A DNA stretch of 32,000 nt, from NCBI GenBank assembly GCA_965238155.1, contig OZ250175.1:1585624-1617623 (forward strand), given 5' to 3'. This DNA is from Nitrosomonadaceae bacterium. Lineage in GTDB: Bacteria > Pseudomonadota > Gammaproteobacteria > Burkholderiales > Nitrosomonadaceae. Shown here in pieces: positions 9,524-18,997 of this stretch. Each line of letters opens with the position of its first letter. The first letter of the stretch is position 1. The position numbers and the translations under genes were made by a program. Under the pieces are notes generated by a model, which was given only the letters and a program-made list of their open reading frames with translations, did not search any database and had not been told where the DNA came from.

Positions 9524-10612
9524 TTAAGTATTCTGAATCACAATATCCGGGAATGAAGAAGAGTGATCCTTTGATAGCTCCGCCACCTTCACTGCAGTAC
9601 GACGTGCAATACTACGATAAATTTGTGCTATGTTTCCCTCAGGATCTGCTGCCACAGTAGGATTCCCCGAATCGGTCTGTTCTCGAATTTTAATATCAAG
9701 CGGAAGAGCACCAAGAAATTCGACATCATAATCCTTACACATTTTAGCGCCTCCGCCCTCTCCAAAAATATGCTCACTAAAACCACACTTTGAGCAAATA
9801 TGTGTACTCATATTTTCAACAATACCTATGATGGGAATACCAACTTTCTCAAACATCTTTAATCCTTTGCGGGCATCTAATAAAGCTATATCCTGCGGTG
9901 TCGTAACTATAACAGCACCTGTGACCGGTACTTTCTGCGCAAGTGTCAACTGTATATCACCGGTACCAGGAGGCATGTCAACGATCAGGTAATCTATATC
10001 TCTCCATCGAGTATCATTAAGTAACTGTTGTAGTGCCTGCGTTACCATCGGACCACGCCATACCATAGGTGTTTCTATATCAATCAATAATCCAATAGAC
10101 ATGACCTGTATCCCGTGCGCCTCCAGCGGCTCCATATGTTTACCGTCTTGCGATTCAGGCCGGCCACTAATTCCTAACATTTGTGGCTGCGAAGGCCCGT
10201 AAATATCAGCATCTAAAATCCCAACAGAAGCGCCCTCAGAAGCCAGTGCAAGTGCAAGATTGACTGCGGTTGCAGATTTGCCGACCCCTCCTTTTCCAGA
10301 AGCCACAGCTATAATATTTTTGACGTCAGGTATGTGCTGTACACCACGCTGCGTTACCCGCGAAATGATTTTACTGGTGATATTAACCTCTACTTCCCCA
10401 ATATTTGAAATCATTTTAAGCTTTTCAATGATCTGACTACGAATACTCTCAATTAAGCTTTTAGCCGGATAACTCAATATAATATCAAGTGATACATTAT
10501 TGGAATTTACTCTGATCTCACCCACTTCCCTGCTGGTTACATAATCTTTACCAGTGGTTGGATCAATAATCTCTCTGAGAACAGACTGTACCTGTAGTTC
10601 TGAAATTGTCAC
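9524..10612 (-). CDS. apbC: Fe-S cluster carrier ATPase ApbC/Mrp (NBP35 family)
   Basis: Deviant Walker A motif SGKGGVGKS, CSKCG motif and an N-terminal DUF59-like domain. I prefer the GTG at 10612 (preceded by AAGGAA) over the track TTG at 10642. Confidence 0.9.
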   Translation of the reverse strand: MTISELQVQSVLREIIDPTTGKDYVTSREVGEIRVNSNNVSLDIILSYPAKSLIESIRSQIIEKLKMISNIGEVEVNITSKIISRVTQRGVQHIPDVKNIIAVASGKGGVGKSATAVNLALALASEGASVGILDADIYGPSQPQMLGISGRPESQDGKHMEPLEAHGIQVMSIGLLIDIETPMVWRGPMVTQALQQLLNDTRWRDIDYLIVDMPPGTGDIQLTLAQKVPVTGAVIVTTPQDIALLDARKGLKMFEKVGIPIIGIVENMSTHICSKCGFSEHIFGEGGGAKMCKDYDVEFLGALPLDIKIREQTDSGNPTVAADPEGNIAQIYRSIARRTAVKVAELSKDHSSSFPDIVIQNT

Positions 10613-10730
10613 TTTTTGGTTCCTTTCCCGGTACGCATACAAGCATTGAAAACATTAAATTTTAACAAATATCAGATCAGGGCATACAGTTTGTTACAAT
10701 TTGCATTTGCCAGGTCTCAATAAACAATTA

Positions 10731-12494
10731 ATGAACAAGCGAAAAATCCTGATTACTTCTGCATTACCCTATGCCAACGGCAGTATCCATCTGGGTCACC
10801 TGGTGGAATATATTCAGACTGATATCTGGGTACGCTTCCAGAAAATGTGCCTCCCTAAAGAAGACGGACATGAAATTTATTTTGTGTGTGCAGATGATAC
10901 ACACGGAACACCCGTGATGCTCCGTGCAGAAAAAGAGGGAATCACACCGGAAGAGCTGATCAACCAAGTACATGGTGAGCATCTGAGAGATTTTACAGAT
11001 TTTCATATTGAATTTGATAATTATTACACTACACACTCTCCGGAAACCCGCGAATACTCTGAAGATATTTATACAAAGCTAAAAGCTGCTGATCCCAGCC
11101 TGATAACTACAAAAAATATTGAGCAATTCTATGACCCTGACAAAAACATATTTTTACCAGACCGTTTTATCAAAGGAGAATGCCCGAAATGTAGTGCAAA
11201 AGATCAGTATGGCGATAACTGCGAAGTATGTGGTGCGGCATATATCCCTACAGATCTGATAGAACCTTATTCCACCGTATCCAGCGCAGCCCTGGTAATG
11301 AAAACTTCAGAACATTTCTTTTTCAGGTTATCTGATAGCCGTTGTGTAAATTTTCTGAGACGTTGGACACAAGAAGAAAATCATCTGCAATCTGAAGCTG
11401 CCAACAAAATGCAGGAATGGTTAGGAGAATCAGGACAAAACAACCTGTCTGACTGGGATATTTCACGCGATGCACCATACTTCGGATTTGAAATACCTAA
11501 TGCGTCTGGTAAGTATTTTTATGTATGGCTGGATGCACCGATCGGTTACATGGGAAGCTTCCAAAATTTGTGCGATCAATACGATATTAACTTTGACGAG
11601 TTCTGGAGAAAAGGCTCTGCCACAGAGCTTTATCATTTTATTGGCAAAGATATTCTCTATTTTCATGCGTTATTTTGGCCGGCAATGTTGGAATGCTCCG
11701 GTTACCGTACACCTACCCAAATCTTTTCCCATGGATTTCTCACCATAAATGGTGAGAAAATGAGCAAATCAAGAGGTACATTTATTACTGCTGAAAATTA
11801 TATGAAGCAGGGATTGAACCCTGAATGGCTACGATATTATTACGCAGCGAAGTTGAATGGATCAATGGAGGATATTGACCTGAATCTGGATGATTTTATA
11901 GCCCGGGTAAATAGCGATTTAGTTGGAAAATATGTCAACATTGCCAGTCGTGCTGCCGGTTTCTTAGTCAACTATTTTGACAGTCAGCTTGCAAATATAA
12001 CTTCTCCGGACTATGGAGAATCCATTGAAATAAAACAACTTAAAGCTGGCAAGCATGGGTTGGCATATGAACTGCTGAATAAAGCAGACCTTATACAAAC
12101 ACATATGGAGAATCGCCGTTACAATCAGGCAGTCTCCGTGATTATGGCACTTACTGATAAAGTAAATGAGTATTGGGACCAGCAAAAACCTTGGGATAAG
12201 GCAAAGCAAATAAAGAATTCTCCGACAGAGCTTGCTAAGGATCACCCGACAAAACTTGCGTTACATTTAGTATCCAGTATAACAATTGAGTGTTTTAGAA
12301 TCCTTACTGTCTTGCTTAAACCAATTTTACCGAAGCTAGCTGAGAAAGCTGAGTCATTTCTGAATGTTGAACCGCTACAATGGATGGACTTGAAAAAAAC
12401 TTTGAAACCCGGACATCAGATCAAGGCATTTGAGCACCTAATGACCCGCATCGACCGAAAAAAGATTGATGCCATGATTGAAGCCAGTAAATAA
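10731..12494 (+). CDS. metG: Methionyl-tRNA synthetase, short form lacking the C-terminal tRNA-binding domain
   Basis: HIGH-type motif (SIHLGH), KMSKS and zinc knuckles CPKC...CEVCG. The start is set at ATG 10731 ([17 protein letters not shown]). The protein ends ...[11 protein letters not shown]. Confidence 0.95.
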   Translation: MNKRKILITSALPYANGSIHLGHLVEYIQTDIWVRFQKMCLPKEDGHEIYFVCADDTHGTPVMLRAEKEGITPEELINQVHGEHLRDFTDFHIEFDNYYTTHSPETREYSEDIYTKLKAADPSLITTKNIEQFYDPDKNIFLPDRFIKGECPKCSAKDQYGDNCEVCGAAYIPTDLIEPYSTVSSAALVMKTSEHFFFRLSDSRCVNFLRRWTQEENHLQSEAANKMQEWLGESGQNNLSDWDISRDAPYFGFEIPNASGKYFYVWLDAPIGYMGSFQNLCDQYDINFDEFWRKGSATELYHFIGKDILYFHALFWPAMLECSGYRTPTQIFSHGFLTINGEKMSKSRGTFITAENYMKQGLNPEWLRYYYAAKLNGSMEDIDLNLDDFIARVNSDLVGKYVNIASRAAGFLVNYFDSQLANITSPDYGESIEIKQLKAGKHGLAYELLNKADLIQTHMENRRYNQAVSVIMALTDKVNEYWDQQKPWDKAKQIKNSPTELAKDHPTKLALHLVSSITIECFRILTVLLKPILPKLAEKAESFLNVEPLQWMDLKKTLKPGHQIKAFEHLMTRIDRKKIDAMIEASK

Positions 12495-12502
12495 ATCTGC
12501 AG

Positions 12503-13558
12503 ATGCCAGTGAATCTCTCTCCTGCCACCAAATCATATCTCCTCGGAGATCTTTTATCCAAGGTATCACGGTCATTTTATTTAACTCTTGCAGTATTACC
12601 CGTATCAGTACGTACCCAGGTTGGGCTTGCCTATCTCTTTGCCCGTGCAGCTGACACTATTACAGATACCGATTTGATAGAACAGTCTGAACGTATCATT
12701 CATCTGAAAAATTTTCAGAAACTTTTTACTCTGGATACTATAGACTGGGAAATAGTTAAGTCTATTCAGACCGCCCTGGTCTCACATCAAGCACTACCCG
12801 CTGAGCGAATTCTTCTTGAAAGATTGGAAGATTGCTTTCAAGTATATCTTGAATGTACGCTTTCTGATCGGATCCGTATCAACGATCTCATGACAACTCT
12901 CACAAAGGGAATGGAAATGGACCTTAAATTATTTCAGGGCGGTACTACTGAAAATCCACTCTCACTCGAAACACAAGAAGATCTTAACCGTTATATTTAC
13001 TATGTCGCCGGATGTGTGGGGGATTACTGGACGAACCTTATGTGCACTCACTTATCTTCATTGAATAATTGGGATGTAAAGCAGATGAGTAGTATCGGTA
13101 TAAATTTTGGTAAGGGACTTCAACTGACTAATATCGTCAAGGATATAGCTAAGGATCTAAGGCGGGGTCGCTGCTATATTCCGGCATCAGTATTGAAAAC
13201 CGCAGGACTTTCTCCGAACGATATCCTACAGCCTGATTCTTGGCGTTCTTTTCAGCCCATATTAAATAAGCTTATTCAGCAAGCAATGGAATACCTGGAT
13301 CAGGGGTGGGAGTATACGATGGCTATTCCAAGATCCGAGATAAGGCTTCGTCTTGCCTGTATGTGGCCAATTCTGCTTGGCGGGGAAACGCTAAAATTAG
13401 TACAAAATTCTCTCGGCTTACTAAACCCGGATTGCCAAGTAAAAGTTTCACGAGGCTGTGTGTATAAGATAATTGGCCTGACGACTATTACCGGTGGATC
13501 AGGTTTTGTAGGAACAATTTATTGGAAGAAACTCTACAATCAGTTAGCAAGAACATAA
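12503..13558 (+). CDS. Squalene/phytoene synthase family protein, Sqs-type squalene synthase-like
   Basis: 351 aa. VSRSFYLTLAVLP...YLFARAADTITD (first Asp-rich motif), YYVAGCVGDYW and TNIVKDIAKDLRRGRCYIP (second Asp-rich motif) align with the head-to-head prenyl synthase fold. It starts 8 nt after the metG stop. Confidence 0.75.
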   Translation: MPVNLSPATKSYLLGDLLSKVSRSFYLTLAVLPVSVRTQVGLAYLFARAADTITDTDLIEQSERIIHLKNFQKLFTLDTIDWEIVKSIQTALVSHQALPAERILLERLEDCFQVYLECTLSDRIRINDLMTTLTKGMEMDLKLFQGGTTENPLSLETQEDLNRYIYYVAGCVGDYWTNLMCTHLSSLNNWDVKQMSSIGINFGKGLQLTNIVKDIAKDLRRGRCYIPASVLKTAGLSPNDILQPDSWRSFQPILNKLIQQAMEYLDQGWEYTMAIPRSEIRLRLACMWPILLGGETLKLVQNSLGLLNPDCQVKVSRGCVYKIIGLTTITGGSGFVGTIYWKKLYNQLART

Positions 13559-13677
13559 GCTGTCTGATCTATATGACAGAACGCTGATAGCCGATTATTT
13601 TGTTAATAAATCTGTTTGTTCCTACATTACTATTTAGCCAACTACCTATAATAAGATTTATACATATGGAGGGTTCT

Positions 13678-14066
13678 ATGCCGCGTCAATTAATAAGCTC
13701 CGGCTCCACTTTTGAACAAGAAATTGGTTATTCACGTGCTGTAGTAAATGGAAACTGGGTTTTTGTATCGGGCACGACAGGATTTGATTACAGCAAGATG
13801 AGCATTTCTGATGATCTGGTAGAACAGACCGAACAATGCTTTAAAATATTTAGGAAGCCTTAATTAAAGCAGGGTCAAGTATGAAAGATGTTGTTCGGGT
13901 AACTTACGTACTTCCTAATGCTGCAGATTTTCCCGGTTGCTGGTCAACACTACGTAAATATTTCGGTGAGGTTAAGCCTGCTGCAATGATGATATCTGTC
14001 GGTTTATCTGATCCTCGTATGCGGATTGAAATTGAAGTAACTGCCCGCCACGTAATCGGAAGTTAG
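13678..14066 (+). pseudogene. RidA/YjgF/RutC-family protein split by a single-base frame disruption
   Basis: Track ORFs 13600..13863 and 13881..14066 are two halves of one protein of about 128 aa. The second frame is open only from 13854. Adding one base around 13855..13860 gives ...EQTEQCFKIFRKALIKAGSSMKDVVRVTYVL..., the normal RidA helix-strand junction. The likely true start is the ATG at 13678, after GGAGGG. Confidence 0.75.
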
Positions 14067-14136
14067 TTTTAAACAAATAAAACTACTTTAACTGAGTCTT
14101 TTTATCTTTCAAAAGGATAAAACAGCCTCTTATTAT

Positions 14137-14166
14137 TTGACGGACGTGGAATCCCGCGTTTATGAT
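14137..14166 (+). promoter_or_regulatory. Candidate sigma-70 promoter for the USP gene (TTGACG-N18-TATGAT)
   Basis: TTGACG at 14137..14142, an 18-nt spacer and TATGAT at 14161..14166, about 38 nt upstream of the ATG at 14204. Confidence 0.4.
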
Positions 14167-14203
14167 TACTGGTAGTACAGGAAATTTACTAAGGAGAACT
14201 TTA

Positions 14204-14662
14204 ATGGAATCACTGATCCGAAAGATCATTTTAGCAACAGATTTTTCAGAAGCCTCTGAAGATGCCAGTTATCATGCGGTATTACTGGCTCAGACTTACA
14301 ATGCAAAACTGCAAGCTTTACACGTATTTAACCCAAGATCGATTGGCACCATGTACAGAAAAGCAAAAAAAGAGGAACAGGAGAATGAAGATCTTGTACA
14401 AACCCGGGAACGGGGGAAAAAAATGCTTAAAAAGCTGGCTGATTCTTTCCATGTAAAAGCTGATACTATTTTTGCCGAAGGCCATGCCGGTCCTGAAATA
14501 ATCCGGGTTGCTAACGAGCAAAACGCTGATTTACTTGTTGTTGGTACACACGGATATACTGGTTGGAACCGACTTGCCTTGGGAAGTGTCGCAGAATATA
14601 TAGTCAGACATTCTCCTTGCGCAGTCCTTACCATCAAGCCAACTGAGCGAGAGGAAACATAG
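14204..14662 (+). CDS. Universal stress protein (UspA family)
   Basis: MESLIRKIILATDFSEAS...LLVVGTHGYTGWNRLALGSVAEYIVRHSPCAVLTI is a canonical USP. The start is set at ATG 14204, after AAGGAG. Confidence 0.85.
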   Translation: MESLIRKIILATDFSEASEDASYHAVLLAQTYNAKLQALHVFNPRSIGTMYRKAKKEEQENEDLVQTRERGKKMLKKLADSFHVKADTIFAEGHAGPEIIRVANEQNADLLVVGTHGYTGWNRLALGSVAEYIVRHSPCAVLTIKPTEREET

Positions 14663-14760
14663 GCTGAAATTCCGAGTTTATGCCAAAAAATCCATCACAT
14701 ATAAGCACATAGTTACGTAAATAAGCTCATCTGCTATGAAGCCGAAAAATAGCAAATAAC

Positions 14761-15513
14761 TCAGCTACCCCATGTTCTAATCACAGTTTTTGTAATTACG
14801 AGACCTACAATTAGCCGCCATTTTTTTGCCCTGAAAACTTGAGAAGGTGACATCCTTTCAGCTGCCTCAGCACGACCCTGCTGTGCCATACCGATACCTC
14901 TATCCGATGCCAGTTCCAACCACATATATGCACGAATAAGATTTCTTGAAACACCGAATCCTCTTATATACATTATTCCAAGATGAGCCTGTGCGCCCGG
15001 ATTTCCTTTCTCTGCTGCTAAGCGATACCACTTTACAGCCTCACGATAGTCCCGGCGTATGCCCTGACCATAGCCCCGCTCATAAATCATGCCAAGATTA
15101 AGTAGTGCATTGATATGCTCCTGTGCAGCTGCTAAGCGATACCATTTAACCGCTTTCTGAAGATCCTGAGCCAACCCTTGCTGGCCACTTCCATATATCA
15201 GACCCAGAGTGTACTGTGCATCTCTATGACCCTTTTCTGCAGCTAAACGATACCATTTTTCGGCTTTCTGATAATCGGCAGTCACACCTTCACCATACGT
15301 GTACATTAAGCCAAGAGCATATCTCGCGTCTGCATTTCCACTCTCGGCGGCCAGTCGGTACAATTTTGCCGCTTCACTATAATTACCTGTACAGTGGGCA
15401 CGCTGCGCTTCCGATAAAGAATCTGCGTTTGCAATTCCGGCCAGTTCATACGAAAGCAAATACCCCAGTAATAAATATTTAAGAAATCGGGATATTTGCC
15501 CTGTTATTACCAT
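14761..15513 (-). CDS. Sel1-repeat (SLR/TPR-like) protein, secreted
   Basis: Five or more tandem Sel1 units (A.KWYRLAAEKG...A...LG.MY..G.GV..D). The N-terminal signal-like segment is FLKYLLLGYLLSYELAGIANA. I prefer the ATG at 15513. The C-terminal ~20 aa may be out of frame (see findings). Confidence 0.8.
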   Translation of the reverse strand: MVITGQISRFLKYLLLGYLLSYELAGIANADSLSEAQRAHCTGNYSEAAKLYRLAAESGNADARYALGLMYTYGEGVTADYQKAEKWYRLAAEKGHRDAQYTLGLIYGSGQQGLAQDLQKAVKWYRLAAAQEHINALLNLGMIYERGYGQGIRRDYREAVKWYRLAAEKGNPGAQAHLGIMYIRGFGVSRNLIRAYMWLELASDRGIGMAQQGRAEAAERMSPSQVFRAKKWRLIVGLVITKTVIRTWGS

Positions 15514-15778
15514 TGTAAAATTACGATACAAAGTGTGTCTTTGCTAGGTTAATGATCAGACATAAATACATTTTTCTCAAGAATACTCCAATCTTTATAT
15601 AAAGAAAATTTGTACCAGGCTTTTATATATTATTTGGAGAAAGGATGTAAATTAAATGGTTAGTCAGGATATATTATATATATCAGTGCACTGATTATTA
15701 TTTCTAATGTAATTTCTTGTTATATCTTTCTATGCAAATATCCGGCTAAACCAGTTAAATAATATTTTCTAATTAATT

Positions 15779-15805
15779 GAACCTTTTTAGTTTGTCTGGT
15801 CTCGA
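15779..15805 (+). promoter_or_regulatory. Sigma-E (ECF)-like promoter motif upstream of amoC: GAACCT-N15-TCTCGA
   Basis: GAACCT at 15779..15784 and TCTCGA at 15800..15805. These resemble the enterobacterial sigma-E consensus GAACTT-N16-TCTGA. The motif lies about 57 nt upstream of the amoC ATG. Confidence 0.3.
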
Positions 15806-15849
15806 ACCTGTATGGGTTTTATTATTTTATTACCGTATTTAAGTGCTAG

Positions 15850-16683
<834 letters not shown>

Positions 16684-16719
16684 CAACCGGCTCTGATCTT
16701 TAACTGTCCTTCTACCACA

Positions 16720-16752
16720 CCACCTGCCCTCTGAGAAACTGAGGGCGGGTGG
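16720..16752 (+). terminator. GC-rich stem-loop 3' of amoC (terminator or mRNA-stabilising hairpin)
   Basis: CCACCTGCCCTC (16720..16731) pairs with GAGGGCGGGTGG (16741..16752). That is 12 bp including one G.U pair, with a 9-nt loop. The T4 run (16762..16765) lies 9 nt downstream rather than adjacent, so this is not a textbook intrinsic terminator. Confidence 0.55.
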
Positions 16753-16798
16753 GGTACCTGATTTTCCAGGAATAAATTAACTGGAAAAGAGCTTGACC

Positions 16799-17379
16799 AT
16801 GATGTATAAACAGCTACTACATGTGAATGCTACGATGATATTTATCCTTATCATAGGGCTCTATGCTGGTATGGCAGATGCGCATGGAAATATATCATTG
16901 GAGCAGGATAGTTGCGTGCAAGGAACATAGGGTATCAAGGTGCATCTAAGCACTTATCAGTCTCAGAATGAACCTACTGCACATTATTGCACTGAGATTC
17001 CTACGGAGGGAGAAACATTCTTTGTAGTGGATCTATTGATCAGGCTTTACGTAACATGCCGGTTACAATGCGGATTGTAAGGGGCACCAGTGAAACAGAA
17101 GATGAAACCGTATCGCTCCTACGTGCAGACTACCATCCTGACGGGGTAATCGGAGGCAGAACGAATCTGGATCAGGGAAACTATACGGTATTTATTACCG
17201 GTGAGAGTGTTCCCCCTGTGCGTTATCAGTACCCGTTACGGGTACAACAGATTAATTATGTAAAGCTTGCCCGCTCTGCGACAGGTCCGTTGATCGCTTC
17301 ATTACTACTTATTTTACTTGGATATAAACTTGTCAGATCGCAACGAATACAAAACTGGCTAGCTTCCCGTCGTGCTTAG
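16799..17379 (+). pseudogene. Decayed gene for a secreted, C-terminally membrane-anchored protein of unknown family
   Basis: Signal peptide MMYKQLLHVNATMIFILIIGLYAGMADA|HG... There is an in-frame TAG at 16928..16930. The same frame continues to 17078, but the sensible continuation is the -1 frame (track ORF 17056..17379), which ends in the hydrophobic anchor GPLIASLLLILLGY plus a basic tail. Confidence 0.55.
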
Positions 17380-17392
17380 ACAGTAAGTAATT

Positions 17393-18058
17393 TTATTCCA
17401 GTTGAGCTATATCCAGGAATGTTGAAAAATTCTTTGTAGCAACATTCCGTTCAAATGGCAATACTCCCAGTAACGGGCAGTTTAATCGCTGCTTTAAAGT
17501 ATGCAGATTCTCATCAAATGAATCCATCTGCGGGTCAATCTGATTAGCTACCCAGCCAGCAAGCTGTAATCCGATTGCTTGCACAGTTTTTGCTGTTACC
17601 AGTGCATGATTAAGGCAACCAAGACGCATCCCCACCACTAAGATTACCGGAAGATCCAGGGCATGAGCCATATCTGCAACATCATTACGATCATTAAGTG
17701 GAACCATAATTCCTCCTACCCCTTCAACAACAACTACATCTGCAATTTTCTGTAAATTGAAACAGGCCTGGCGAATGATCCCGATATCTATTTCGATACC
17801 TGCCTGTTTCGCTGCCAGATGAGGTGCAATTGGTGGAATGAATGCGTAGGGGTTAACCCATTCACGGGGAGCAGTTACGGAACTTGCTGCAACAATTGCT
17901 TTAACATCCGTCCATTCCCCACCTATACGACCAGTTACGACTGGCTTCATACCTATGGCCGTATTTCCACGTGCAGAGTAAGCGCTTAATAAAGCACAAC
18001 TTACTAAAGTTTTCCCGATACCAGTGTCTGTACCGGTAATAAAATAACTTTGTGGCAT
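17393..18058 (-). CDS. bioD: Dethiobiotin synthetase
   Basis: 221 aa. P-loop-like motif FITGTDTGIGKT and operon context with bioBFHC. Confidence 0.9.
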   Translation of the reverse strand: MPQSYFITGTDTGIGKTLVSCALLSAYSARGNTAIGMKPVVTGRIGGEWTDVKAIVAASSVTAPREWVNPYAFIPPIAPHLAAKQAGIEIDIGIIRQACFNLQKIADVVVVEGVGGIMVPLNDRNDVADMAHALDLPVILVVGMRLGCLNHALVTAKTVQAIGLQLAGWVANQIDPQMDSFDENLHTLKQRLNCPLLGVLPFERNVATKNFSTFLDIAQLE

Positions 18059-18100
18059 AAATTACTATTTAGTCAATTGTTATAGGATCTTTCTCTGAAA

Positions 18101-18997
18101 TTAAGTACGAACCAATCTGGCCTTAGGATCAAACTCTATTATTTTTCTGTCATCAATATTTTTTCTGGGTTCTAATTTCCATGCATGACCATAAACTAAC
18201 TCAAAAGTGACCGGTAACTTGCTATCTTTTCGAAAAGCCTCATAGTTGCTTAATACTTTCCCCCATCCGATCTTCCCGGTTAATCCGCGCTTCCTGTCCT
18301 GTATAACATTATGTGCCCCCATAGCTTTGAGATCACGCATCACACTAATTACATCATCATAAGTAAGCGTTATGTATTCCATGTCCATCACCGGCATAGC
18401 AAATCCGTTATAAACTAAAAGATCTCCAATATCATGCATATCGATAAAATGGTTAACATGACTGTTATCATCCATGCCCAGGAATGCCTGACGTAATTCC
18501 TGCAGGGTATCCGGACCGAAAGTACTGAACATAAGTAAACCTTCGGGTTGTAAAACACGATGCATTTCCGCAAATGTCTGCTCTATATCATTGCACCATT
18601 GCAATGATAAATTAGACCAAACCATGCCAATAGAAGAATCCCGGAACGGTAACTGTTCGATGTCACCACATACGTAATTTGTAATATTTTTCCGGATAGA
18701 AAGTACCTGCTTCCACCATGAAGGAGTAGTAGGGCGAGCCTGATAATGCATTGCAAGAGCAAGATCAAGTGCTATGATTCCGGCATCCGGATAACGATTT
18801 ACTAATTTACGCCCCCCGTAACCAGTACCGCTGCCAGCATCTAAAATCGTACCGGGAATACATTTAATATAGTCAAGCCTTGATAACATTCGGTCACATA
18901 CTTCCCGTTGTAGCATTGCTGCTTTATCATATCCGACAGCTGCACGCTCAAAGGAATTTCGTAACTGACGCTTATTTAAAATATGATCCCTATTCAT
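18101..18997 (-). CDS. bioC: Malonyl-ACP O-methyltransferase
   Basis: SAM-binding motif ILDAGSGTGYG, and a position between bioH and bioD. It overlaps bioH by 4 nt. Confidence 0.85.
   Translation of the reverse strand: MNRDHILNKRQLRNSFERAAVGYDKAAMLQREVCDRMLSRLDYIKCIPGTILDAGSGTGYGGRKLVNRYPDAGIIALDLALAMHYQARPTTPSWWKQVLSIRKNITNYVCGDIEQLPFRDSSIGMVWSNLSLQWCNDIEQTFAEMHRVLQPEGLLMFSTFGPDTLQELRQAFLGMDDNSHVNHFIDMHDIGDLLVYNGFAMPVMDMEYITLTYDDVISVMRDLKAMGAHNVIQDRKRGLTGKIGWGKVLSNYEAFRKDSKLPVTFELVYGHAWKLEPRKNIDDRKIIEFDPKARLVRT

Noticed and set aside
13562-13574. 13-nt string GTCTGATCTATAT shared with 25341..25353.
   Set aside because: A match of this length is expected by chance roughly once or more in a 32-kb window on two strands. 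The flanks diverge immediately.
13600-13677. N-terminal extension of the RidA ORF from a TTG at 13600 (MLINLFVPTLLFSQLPIIRFIH...).
   Set aside because: It has no SD, and a GGAGGG SD precedes the ATG at 13678, where family homology begins. The extension is non-coding leader.
15645-15650. SD-like GGAGAAAGG followed by ATG-TAA (a start-stop mini-ORF), plus other ORFs of 12-16 codons upstream of amoC.
   Set aside because: The region is very AT-rich, so short ORFs and start-stop pairs are expected. They may lie upstream of the likely promoter. There is no supporting evidence.
15682-15695. Perfect 14-bp palindrome ATCAGTGCACTGAT in the Sel1/amoC divergent intergenic region.
   Set aside because: About two perfect 14-bp palindromes are expected by chance in 32 kb (32000/4^7). 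It has no second copy or flanking symmetry, so it is not significant on its own.
16928-16930. In-frame TAG as a recoding event (pyrrolysine or readthrough).
   Set aside because: There is no basis for Pyl decoding in betaproteobacteria. The same gene also carries a frameshift, so a plain nonsense mutation is the simpler explanation.
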